NCBI GenBank assembly: GCA_003344405.1
Contig: NOWV01000283.1
Span: 46,670 to 66,669, forward strand
Direction: 5' to 3'
From: Trichoplax sp. H2
Lineage: Eukaryota
Length of the DNA: 20,000 bases
A program made the translations under genes and the position numbers. Shown here one piece after another: positions 9,955 through 19,877 of this stretch. The notes beneath the pieces are model-generated. The model was given only the letters and a program-made list of their open reading frames with translations, was not told where the DNA came from and ran no database searches. Position 1 is the stretch's first letter, and each line of letters begins with the position of its first letter.

Positions 9955-12072
9955 ATGGCCGAACATACTATCGACTACCCAAAATCGACAATCGATAAAA
10001 TTAAATCCATTCATAAAGCTGGCTTAAAAGAACATTATATTGGATTGTCTCAAAAAGCTCTAAACAACTATAACAGAGCAATAAAGTTAATTGATGAGCT
10101 AAAAAATCAAGATTCCATTCAAACTGAGCTCTTATTTGATATCTATCTGGATATTTCAGCGGTTTATTGTTCACAGGAAGAATATTCATTGGCAACAGAT
10201 TACGTAGATCGAGCACGTCAATTAGCTGAAAAATTATTTGATCAGCTTCGAATCGCTAAATGCGTAGACAATTATGGATGTATTAAGTTAGGCAGGTGTA
10301 TGTATGACGATGCATTGCAAGATTTCAATCAAGCTTTGCGGGTAAAATTGGATATTTTGGGTGATCATAATCTCGATATTGCTACAACATATCATAACAT
10401 GGGAGATGCTTACTATTTTCGAAAGGAAAAAGAACAGGGGGTAAAGATGTATGAAAAAGCTCTAAAAATACGGCAAGAAATATTAGGAAATAAGTCTTTA
10501 GAAGTTGCAGATTTATATGAAGATATAGGACTGGCACTTTTTGATGCCAAAGAACCCGATACTGAAGACCGCGTTTTGCCTTTATTTCAACAAAATTTAG
10601 ATATTCGATTAGAAGTTTTAGGAAATCACAATAACGCCATCGCAAGATCTTATCATAACTTTGCTTGGATGTACTATAAGCTAGGCCGTTATGAAAAGGC
10701 TATACCGATGTATCAAAAGAGTCTCGCTATCAAACTAGAAATATTAGGAAATAAGCATTTAGATGTTTCTCATATCTACAACATGCTTGGCACAATCTAT
10801 TATAATCAATCCAAGTATGATCAAGCAATAGTAATGTTGCAAGAATATTTAAAATCAGAGCAAGACAATGATGAAACTGATGTCAAGAAAATGAATGGAG
10901 TCTGCTACAAGTTAGGAATCTCTTATGCAAAATTAAATCAGTATGATAAAGCTATAACAACATTACAAAAATGCTGCCATTCTAAGCAAGAATTGTTGGG
11001 CAAAAGTAATTTGGAGGTTGCAAATTTATTATATGAAATTGCCACTGCTTACTGGAATAAAAATGATTATGATCTGGCCAGATCCACCTATCAAGATTGC
11101 TTAACTATTAAATTAGATATCATTGGAAAGAAGGATGCCGAAATCGCTAATCTTTATTATCGTATAGGAAATACTTACTATCTGCAATCTAAACGTGATG
11201 ATGCGTTAAAAATGTACCAGGAATGCTTTACTATTCAGCAAGAGGTATTGAATGATCATGATCTAGAAATTGCAGAAACGTATAAGTGTATAGGACGTAT
11301 CTATGCTGAGCAATTACATTATGAAGATGCTATTTTAATGCATCGAAAATGTTTAGATATTCAATTAAAAAAGTTGGAGGGTGATAATGAAAATATAGCA
11401 ATAACATACGAAAATATGGCTCAATGTTACGATGATATGATGGATTGTAAAAATGCTCTATTTATGTATCAGAATTGTGTAAATATTCAACAAAAACTAT
11501 TTGGAGAACATAGCTTGCAAGTCTTAAAATCTTATCATCATATGGCTGTCCTGTATTTTAAAGGAAAAAATTACAAGGATACACTTTCAACGTTGCAAAA
11601 GATGGAAGAATGCTTACAAGAAAATCCCCATGATCAAGAAGCAGCTGACCTATATGCTGACTTTGGTCACTATTATACTAGGCTCTCGCAATATGAAAAT
11701 GCTCTTGAATACTATCAAAAGGGCTTAGCAATTCACCAGAAAATGTCCGATGCCAATAAATTACATATTGCAGAATGTTATGAAGATATTGCAAACACCT
11801 TTACCAAATTATCCAAATATGATAAAGCAATCGATATGCATCAGAAATGTTTAGCAATTCGCTTGCAGTCTGCAGAGGACAAACGCAATAATTCAGAAAT
11901 TATCAAATCCTATAACTCCCTCGTCGAAATTCATACTCAGCAAGAGAATAATGACAAAGCTCAAGATATGCAGGAGAAGTGCCTAAATTTTAAGAAGAAA
12001 GTAAAAGGAGAGAAGAATTGCAAGGGTATGTATCGCCAACTCATTGTAGCGATCGAGATGCCAATAGGGTAG
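9955..12072 (+). CDS. TPR-repeat protein, ~705 aa (N-terminal cap plus 13 divergent ~42-aa TPR units)
   Basis: The ORF-track start at 9910 is TTG. The first ATG, at 9955, has AAAATGG context. Typical unit: NLDIATTYHNMGDAYYFRKEKEQGVKMYEKALKIRQEILGNK. The last 15 codons may be intronic (see findings). Confidence 0.88.
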   Translation: MAEHTIDYPKSTIDKIKSIHKAGLKEHYIGLSQKALNNYNRAIKLIDELKNQDSIQTELLFDIYLDISAVYCSQEEYSLATDYVDRARQLAEKLFDQLRIAKCVDNYGCIKLGRCMYDDALQDFNQALRVKLDILGDHNLDIATTYHNMGDAYYFRKEKEQGVKMYEKALKIRQEILGNKSLEVADLYEDIGLALFDAKEPDTEDRVLPLFQQNLDIRLEVLGNHNNAIARSYHNFAWMYYKLGRYEKAIPMYQKSLAIKLEILGNKHLDVSHIYNMLGTIYYNQSKYDQAIVMLQEYLKSEQDNDETDVKKMNGVCYKLGISYAKLNQYDKAITTLQKCCHSKQELLGKSNLEVANLLYEIATAYWNKNDYDLARSTYQDCLTIKLDIIGKKDAEIANLYYRIGNTYYLQSKRDDALKMYQECFTIQQEVLNDHDLEIAETYKCIGRIYAEQLHYEDAILMHRKCLDIQLKKLEGDNENIAITYENMAQCYDDMMDCKNALFMYQNCVNIQQKLFGEHSLQVLKSYHHMAVLYFKGKNYKDTLSTLQKMEECLQENPHDQEAADLYADFGHYYTRLSQYENALEYYQKGLAIHQKMSDANKLHIAECYEDIANTFTKLSKYDKAIDMHQKCLAIRLQSAEDKRNNSEIIKSYNSLVEIHTQQENNDKAQDMQEKCLNFKKKVKGEKNCKGMYRQLIVAIEMPIG

Positions 12073-12261
12073 ATATTAATCAACTTGCGTTAATATTCCT
12101 TTGACCATCTGGGTTTGATTTACGATAAACTACTAAGATAGCTAAAGAGTGCTTGTAATTTTTACAAGGTCTGAGACCGCATTTTGTTGCAAGAAAATAT
12201 ATAGATAGTTTCTATTAAATGGAGTAATAGTATTTTTCTAATAGTAAATACCTTTTTACAG
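12026..12261 (+). other. Possible 236-nt intron near the 3' end of the 9955 gene; candidate last exon 12262-12296
   Basis: Donor AAGG|GTATGT at 12026 and acceptor CCTTTTTACAG| ending at 12261. A phase-1 join gives ...KGEKNCKDTARPISLEIF*. Confidence 0.35.
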
Positions 12262-14337
12262 ATACTGCAAGGCCTATTAGTTTAGAGATATTTTAGGCTA
12301 GCCAGATGACTCAAGAACACCGACAACGGATACAGGAAAATTGATTCTGTTAATTAATTCTACTTCATAGAAGTATTAGTTATAGCCTATTTAATAGACA
12401 GTAAAGAGATAGAAAAAATTTTACAGCACTATTCCATCATAATTTAAAACTATAAGCAGCGGATAAAACATTCGCGATTTGTTAACATACTCGTATAAAG
12501 AATTTCATATGTTTAATTTTCGTGCAGATTTACTGTTTTTTCGTTATTAAATTAATAATAAGTTGAAGGGCGACACTGATCTTAGGTATTTTCCGATATT
12601 AGAATACCACATATCCACCAAGGACTTAAAAATTATATAGGCTGATTCAAATCTTAGTATTTCTTTATCGTTTAGAGAAGATTGCAGATACTCTAGTAGT
12701 GACATCATTAGAATCAAAAATGAAATAGATTGAATAAATTGAGAAATAGTTTAGACTGATGCTATTGATGTTCTTTTAATTGGAAGATACAGCGAAAATT
12801 GCAAGAGCTTTTGTATTAACATTGATGTTCTGCCCTTGTATCAAATAGTTGGTAATTAATAAATTATTTAAAATGCTGAAAACACACGGTAGTAATGACC
12901 TTAATTTTTAAAGTATAAGATAATTTACTCTAATCAGGTAAGCTCCGTATGCAAACAGTAGGACTATTTCATTCTATGTCTATATTTAAAAGTAAAGAAA
13001 GAACTTATGAACCTGAATTATTTACTTGTACTTATTATATATCATGCACAGCATCTAAAATGGTATAGTAGTCCTGGCAGCGACAAAATTGTAAAGGCCC
13101 ACGTTTGAAAATAAGTTTGCATTTACCGTTTATTGTATACCTTATTCCAATAAAAATATATCCTTAATCTGATTTAGGGATAGTTACTGATACATCCCCA
13201 TTCTATAGCATAATACTCATATCTCTTTGTGGTCACACAGAGAAGATAAAAAAGCTCTAATACTGATATGTTGCATCAGATTGATTCTATTAATTATTCG
13301 ATGTATCATTTAAATTATGAATGGAAATGAACATATAGATACCAAAAACAAGCTGGCTTAATATCCAATATCTGAAAGTTGTACGAATTTTGATCAAAAT
13401 TTCAAAGTCCGTCGAGTAAAATGGATTAAGCTTTTCGAGAACTGATATTAAATCAATCTCTTCTACTTTACTAATTGATTCTCATCAATGTTATTACATT
13501 CATTTAGCCTATCCAATTTTAGTTTAATATCTTTATTCCATCGCAGGCTAAACATAAGTTCGAATTATTTTATCATTCATCCTTGAACAACTCATTACTA
13601 ACTAGGATGTACAGATAGAAAGAAGTAAGATACTCTTCATTTTATCTATCCACAGGTTCAGCAGGACAGAGCATGCAGAGTTGAAGTAGAATATAGATTT
13701 AATCCAATATGCATTATTAATACCTACGAAAATAGACGTAGATTTCATTGCTTATTTATAACAAGCCAATCATTTATTCTACTGCGTGCGAATTTTCCAT
13801 CATTCTTGACATTGCTAGTAGTAAGCATTCACATTTCTGTACTGTACATTCAACGCTTCTATCCTTTGGTAAAAAAGATCGAGTGAGGAAGTATCGGCCG
13901 AGAGCAAATAGGGACTCATTATCATATGAATGATTTCTACCCTTATATAGCTTTTCATCACAGCACATGATATTATCGTCATTAATTACATTATGAATCA
14001 AATCATGAATAATTCATTTTATAGAATTTCCATGTTGGCATTATTCCAAATAAGTTATGTAGAATAGAATCCGGTCTGTGCTTCTGTGTTAGCTGTAAAT
14101 AGGAGATCGATTTTGGATACAGAGTAGTACAGGTCCAAGTCCTAAACTAAGAGCAGTAAATAATAAGAGCTTGCTTGGACGAATTTGAGCTCATTTTCAA
14201 ATCTCTTCGCATCGATCTATTTGATTTTTAATTAAAATTGATACTCTTACAATTAGAATACAACGCCATATTGCTATCAATTATCTAAATCTACTCGTAC
14301 TACTATTGAAATTATTAATCTAAAGAGATCGTTAAAG

Positions 14338-15123
14338 ATGTCAGCTGCAGCTAATCAGTTGCAAGATTCCACTAAAGATTGTCAATCAGTTGATGAAGAA
14401 TTTACATCCAAGGTTGAATCATACAAGGAAGAAGCCGAAAAAGCCAAAAATGAAGGAAAATTCAACGAAGAAATTGCCTGCTATGAAAAGATTCTAACGA
14501 TGATTGATGAAGCGACAGTTAATGATCCTACGTTACCTGATTTAAAATGTGAAACTTACTTACTCATGGCAGCTAGATATCGAAATCGTCGACAATTTGC
14601 AGCAGCACTGGAATACTGCGATAAAACTGAACAAATTGCTGAAAGAACAAGCATTAAAATTCGTATCTCTGAAGCTTATGATTGTCGAGGCTCTATCTTA
14701 TGTGAAGAAGGGTCGCTTGATGCAGCAGTAGATGACTTTCATAAAGCTGAGAAATTGAAAAAAGAATTTATGTCCGAAGATGATCCACGTGTTGCTCAAA
14801 CTTATGATGGATTAGGGTGGACTTATCGACAACAAGGAAAATTGCAACTAGCCATCGATACTTATAAGAAAGCTCTGAAAATAAGACTGGAGGCTGGCTC
14901 CAACGGTATGCTCATTGCTGTTATGTATACCTTACTGTCAGACATTTATGCCAAGCAAGAAAATTATGAAGAAGCTGTCACTGCAGCATTAGAATCACTT
15001 AAAATTAAGAAATCACTTTTTGGTGATGACTTTCCAAATAAGCAAGACGAACTTCGAGATATTGCAGCCTTATACTTTAAATTAGGCAAAGCCAAAGAAG
15101 CAATGGAAATATTGTCATCCTAA
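14338..15123 (+). CDS. Short intronless TPR protein, 261 aa (cap plus ~3 TPR units)
   Basis: ATG in AAGATG context. TPR units include DPRVAQTYDGLGWTYRQQGKLQLAIDTYKKALKIRLE and IAVMYTLLSDIYAKQENYEEAVTAALESLKIKKSLFG. Paralogous to 17652-18425. Confidence 0.88.
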   Translation: MSAAANQLQDSTKDCQSVDEEFTSKVESYKEEAEKAKNEGKFNEEIACYEKILTMIDEATVNDPTLPDLKCETYLLMAARYRNRRQFAAALEYCDKTEQIAERTSIKIRISEAYDCRGSILCEEGSLDAAVDDFHKAEKLKKEFMSEDDPRVAQTYDGLGWTYRQQGKLQLAIDTYKKALKIRLEAGSNGMLIAVMYTLLSDIYAKQENYEEAVTAALESLKIKKSLFGDDFPNKQDELRDIAALYFKLGKAKEAMEILSS

Positions 15124-15320
15124 GAAATCGTAAAATCTGAATTTTCTGAGGTGTATGGTACTATGTAACTTTACATTGGTAGAGAAATTATTATTGAAAG
15201 GACATTAACCATTTGTATTGAAGCTGCTAGACAAGTTATTATTGTCAATATGTTATGTAGAGGTACTGTAAATCAGATATAACTGGAAAATAATACCAAA
15301 TCTAGAGATGTGGATAATAA

Positions 15321-15412
15321 TTATAAGAAATGTACTTATAAATACTTGTAAATGTACTTATAAATAACTTGTAAATGTACCTATAAAGTACTTATAAATG
15401 TGCTTATAAGTA
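15321..15412. repeat. Degenerate minisatellite of 10-12-bp units (TAAATGTACTTA / TAAATACTTG)
   Basis: aaatgtacttataaatacttgtaaatgtacttataaataacttgtaaatgtacctataaagtacttataaatgtgcttataag, about 7 units. Confidence 0.8.
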
Positions 15413-15779
15413 TCTTAGTAAAATTTATGATAGTTCAAGTATGTTAATTTCAGCTTCGTAGAAATTAATATTAATGATAGGATTTCGCTCTCATATTGAG
15501 CTCTGCAAGTATTATATGAAGTTGTTCGTAATCTTATGTTATAAACGAGTTAGGTAACGTATTTAAGCAGTCATATTTTTTTCTTCTTATTGTTCTTAGT
15601 CCTTCTTTTCTAAGACCTGCTCCTGGGAGAAGTTTTTCTTTATCTGCTAGAGCTAATTCTCTTTTTACAAAGTTTTTCAATCCTTAGAGATTCAGTAATA
15701 AAATCGGCTGTATGATCGTATGCTGAGTGAAGTTAGTTAAAGAGGTTTTGCTATACAACCGCATGCTCTCTTTAAGTGG

Positions 15780-15803
15780 TATACAAGCTTATACAAGCTT
15801 ATA
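15780..15803. repeat. Short tandem duplication (ATACAAGCTT)x2
   Basis: tatacaagcttatacaagcttata. Confidence 0.6.
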
Positions 15804-15937
15804 GCATTCCATATCAAGCTGAGAACTAGTTCAGCAGAGGATTTGCGACTTGCAAAGGGATAGATTACAAACGCAAGCTGATACTAAATTTCTGCATTGC
15901 AATCTAATCAATTTTCTATTAACATATATATTGAACG

Positions 15938-15965
15938 TATATATATATACATAGAGAGAGAGAGA
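15938..15965. repeat. Compound microsatellite (TA)n-(GA)n
   Basis: tatatatatatacatagagagagagaga. Confidence 0.7.
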
Positions 15966-17363
15966 AATGGATCTTAATAAATAGATGCAGCACTAATTGA
16001 ATCCGATGAATTCGCTCATTTAATGTATCATGTGAATGCCGATTTATTGCGCAGGAATGGTACATTTTGTCTATGGCCTACACACAGCAAAATATATTTG
16101 ATTTGTTAAGTATTTTGTCAGAAAAGAAGCTACATTTACTAATTAATTCAGTCAGTCTCTGCTATTGAGATAAAAATAGACATTTTCATCTCTATCGTTC
16201 CTTCTATATGAAGGCGGTTGATTTTAATGTTTGTATAGAATACGTGTATGCTAGATTATATTGCAATATTTCCCATCGAAATAATTTTCTGACGCCCTTA
16301 AAATAACTGAAATCTGGTTATGCATAATTCTGTTAAAAATTTTAGTATCCGTATAAGTATTGGCATGGCTTGATGTCTCAATGATATCAAGTTTCAGTGG
16401 CAAGGGACCGTTATAGTTACATTATAAACAAATTTAAATAAAACTAGATCTAAAAATCAGGATAAGAAGGGATTTGATAGTGTTTTGATACCAGTTCATC
16501 ACCAGCGAGAATGTTGATTACTTGCAAATTTAGTAGATGCTTTCAAAGTTATAATGATGCTCCTGAATAATGCGTTGATAAGATCATTTCAACTTGTCAA
16601 GTCTTCTCTATGCTCTTAGTTTACAACGTATATTGGAACAGAAGATTTTGATCAAACTATCTCTCACTAAGTTATCTAGCATTTAAAAAATTCAATCAAT
16701 ATTCAAAGATTTACCTCTAGTATGAATAATTTAGTACTGAATTACGAAATGCTCATTTACTTCATATTTATTCACTTTATAGGAAGAAATTAAGTATTCG
16801 TTAACATCTCGATATTTGACTTTTGAACACTTAATCGTTTTAGTATGGCTACTAGTGATGAAAGTTTTGATTATAGTATCGATTATCTGATTTATCATTA
16901 CCATTTTCAAATGTTACTATGAGGAGAAGAAATAGCAATTCCTCTCGAGCTATACTATTACAATATACTATACTTATAAAGTTCAATACAATATCAACGT
17001 GATGATATCCCATTCGAGATTTGCCCAATTTTAATGGCTCCAATTTTTGGAGTTCGTCATTACGAGCTGAAGGGATATAGAACCCTTTCACTCCAAACTA
17101 CAATTTAATCAGATAGATTGTTTCAATTCCAAAACGATTTTTATTAGTTTATTTGTATTGTCATGACTTATAGATCTACTCTATAACACCCATTAACTTG
17201 ATTATACTATTCGAATAACATTACGGTTTGCATACTTGTAAAGAATAGAATGTTCTATTGCTATGGTTATAAGCAAGTTTGGGATAGGTCAATATTCAAA
17301 TAATACTTTTAGCATTATATCAGTGATAGAATTTTTCAACTGGATTGTGCATCTACTCAAATA

Positions 17364-17384
17364 GGGCGGATCTAAGCGCATTGG
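17364..17384 (+). promoter_or_regulatory. Candidate promoter elements (GC box and inverted CCAAT) upstream of the 17652 gene
   Basis: GGGCGG at 17364-17369 and ATTGG at 17380-17384, about 270-290 bp before the ATG, in otherwise AT-rich DNA. Confidence 0.25.
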
Positions 17385-17651
17385 TCAGTTAGAATAAAAT
17401 AAATATATGTATAGGCATAATTAGCTGCTGAACCCTGTTATAACAAGTTTAACATCACACATGCTGAATCGGCTAGATTCAGAATAGAAACAAGTTTATT
17501 TTCAAATTAATTGATTTGTCTTCGAGCTCCATCTCTAGTCTTTTATTATCGTTGTAAGCGGATTTCTGCGATCGATTTCAGATTGAATTTCATCCATTCT
17601 GGTCAATTTATTTTTTATGCGTTTCCATTGATTGTAAAAGAGCTGCTAACC

Positions 17652-18425
17652 ATGCCTAAAAGAGGTCGTGTAAGTACGAAATTTAGAGCCAAAGTCAACA
17701 CTCTCATGCGACAAGCTGCTAATGCTGGTGATCATGAAAAATATCAAAAGAAAATAGACTGCTATGATAAAATTTTAACAATGATCGATGAAGATACAAG
17801 TCGTGATCCTAGCCTTGCCGACTTACTTTGCCAGATATATCAGAATATGGCTATCGTCTACCAAGATGGTCAAGACTATTCACAAGCTTTACATTACTGT
17901 GATCTTGCTGAACAAGCTATCCAAAATACTGAATATGACACTCGAATTCCAGACGTATGGGAAACACGAGGTTGTGTCTATCATGAACAAAAAGCCTATA
18001 GCCAAGCTGTAGAGGCTTTACATAAGAGTTTGCAATTAAAAATGCAGATCTTTGAGTATTGTGAGCATCATATAGAACTTGTCCCTACTTACGAACGCTT
18101 GGGTGATTCCTATCAAGATTTGGGGAAGACTGACGAAGCGCTCAAGTTCTTCCAGAAAGAGCTTGATGCATTGGTAAATAATGATACAGATCCCTCAGAA
18201 ATTGCAACAACTTATAACAAAATAGCCTATTCACTTCAAGAAGAAGAGCGATATGAAGAAGCCCTAGCTGTGCTACAAAATGCCCTAGAAATAGAACGAG
18301 AAATATTCCAACATGATGATGAAGGTCTTCAAAGAACCTACCAGAACATGACTCATCTCTACATTAAATTGGGAAGGCAACAGGAAGCGGATAAAATGTT
18401 AAATCAATGTATAGATCTAGAGTAA
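17652..18425 (+). CDS. Short intronless TPR protein, 257 aa, paralogue of 14338-15123
   Basis: The ORF-track start at 17511 is TTG. The first ATG (ACCATG) is at 17652 and gives MPKRGRV... It shares CY[ED]KILTMIDExTxxDPxLxDLxCxxY and the whole architecture with the 14338 gene. Confidence 0.88.
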   Translation: MPKRGRVSTKFRAKVNTLMRQAANAGDHEKYQKKIDCYDKILTMIDEDTSRDPSLADLLCQIYQNMAIVYQDGQDYSQALHYCDLAEQAIQNTEYDTRIPDVWETRGCVYHEQKAYSQAVEALHKSLQLKMQIFEYCEHHIELVPTYERLGDSYQDLGKTDEALKFFQKELDALVNNDTDPSEIATTYNKIAYSLQEEERYEEALAVLQNALEIEREIFQHDDEGLQRTYQNMTHLYIKLGRQQEADKMLNQCIDLE

Positions 18426-19550
18426 TATCCTACTGTATACATGTATTAGGACATTATCAAGACAATTGCGACTAAATATTGGTGACTGTACAGAAAATGA
18501 TTTCTTACGTTGTAGCGATGCACCTTATATTGGATTGTATTGATGGCTCCATTTGATATGTAGTAGTTAGCTTTCTAAGAATAAATAGGATCGTAATGCT
18601 TATATTAGTTGATTGCTAATAACTAATGTTAATCAGTTAGCTAAATAGGGTAATTAACTCGATATGATATGATATACTGCAATGGTGAAGACGCCACTAC
18701 CTCACGGTGTTAGATACTGAATTAATTAATGGAAGAATCAAGATATATTAAGCAGATTGATTCGTATTGTAAACATATTGATAATCTATTCGAAGAAAAA
18801 ATCTTCTGTTTGATGTCCTAAGTCTGATTGTAGGCAACATTGTTGCACTAAAGAAATTAAACCAAATGTATAGAAGCATTGTAGAGATGAGCTTGGAGTA
18901 GACTAAATTTAAGTTCTTTTGAGCTCATGATGCTTTAGATTAGATTCTTATTCTAGTCAGTTATTTATTGCTCTACTATTCTTAACTCTGTAATAAAAGT
19001 CTTGATCCATTAATACTAACTCACTAGAATCTCTGTAAATGTTCCTAACCATCATATGAAATTCAGTTAGCATAGTTAGTATAATCAGTAAGTTTTAGCA
19101 GACTTTCATATCGTTACTACGCTTTCGAATCAATACGATTTGAAAGTCTACCATGATAACTTACTTCAATAGAACGAATCCAAGATCCAAAAGAAAGACT
19201 GAAGAAATTCTAAATTCAGTCATAATTTCACTACTCTTAAACAATTTGTTATTCGATTTGGATCTTAGCATCCATTTCGCTCGCTAAAATTCTTAATAAT
19301 TGATATGGGTTGGAACAAGATGTTACCACTTCCATACTTGTTAATTACGACGTTGGGCTTTCTGTTATCCACGTCACATAGTTTGTCCATATACTTATTC
19401 CATCGCTTTCCAGAAATTTTCGCTAGTCTTAAATGTATCAACTGCTTTTAATTTATTCAAAATATAAAATCGGTGACGAAGTTAATGCAGATTTAGTTAG
19501 CTCACGTAGAATGAAGCACCATATTGTAATCTCAGCGTAGAGCATTTATC

Positions 19551-19877
19551 TACGTTGAAAATAATAGCATCGTTCAAACAGAATAAAGCTATATTTTGGA
19601 TCATTTACATCAGCCGCAGAGTTTGGAAAGTCCATCTTTTGCCAATTTCCGGAAGAGAAATATCTAGATCAACCTGAAGCAGCCTTCTGATATACAACAG
19701 GAGGCTATATTGAAATATTTGTACTTGTTATTATAATATAATCAATATGATACTCATAATCAAATGAAAAGCACATAAATGAACAAGAGAATTACGTATA
19801 CAAAAGCAGTATCGTTCGGACAGGATAAAGCTGTAATTGGATCATTCGAATCAGTCCAAGAGACTGAAAAGTCCGTC
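19551..19877. repeat. Diverged direct duplication, two ~85-bp copies 242 bp apart
   Basis: 19551-19636 (tacgttgaaaataatagcatcgttcaaacagaataaagctatattttggatcatttacatcag...aaagtccatc) versus 19793-19877 (tacgtatacaaaagcagtatcgttcggacaggataaagctgtaattggatcattcgaatcag...aaagtccgtc). About 63/86 matches by hand alignment. Confidence 0.8.

Noticed and set aside
2766..12072. Gene symbols KLC or NPHP3
   Set aside because: Only the repeat type is shared. There is no KLC heptad coiled-coil region and no NPHP3 N-terminal coiled-coil/NTPase region, so orthology is unsupported.
15534..15682. Minus-strand open frame LKNFVKRELALADKEKLLPGAGLRKEGLRTIRRKKYDCLNTLPNSFIT* after an AG
   Set aside because: It could be an exon, but I see no recognisable motif and cannot link it to the WD40-like remnants.
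18580..18585. AATAAA polyadenylation signal after the last gene, and similar hexamers elsewhere
   Set aside because: Plausible but too common in DNA this AT-rich to call without transcript data.
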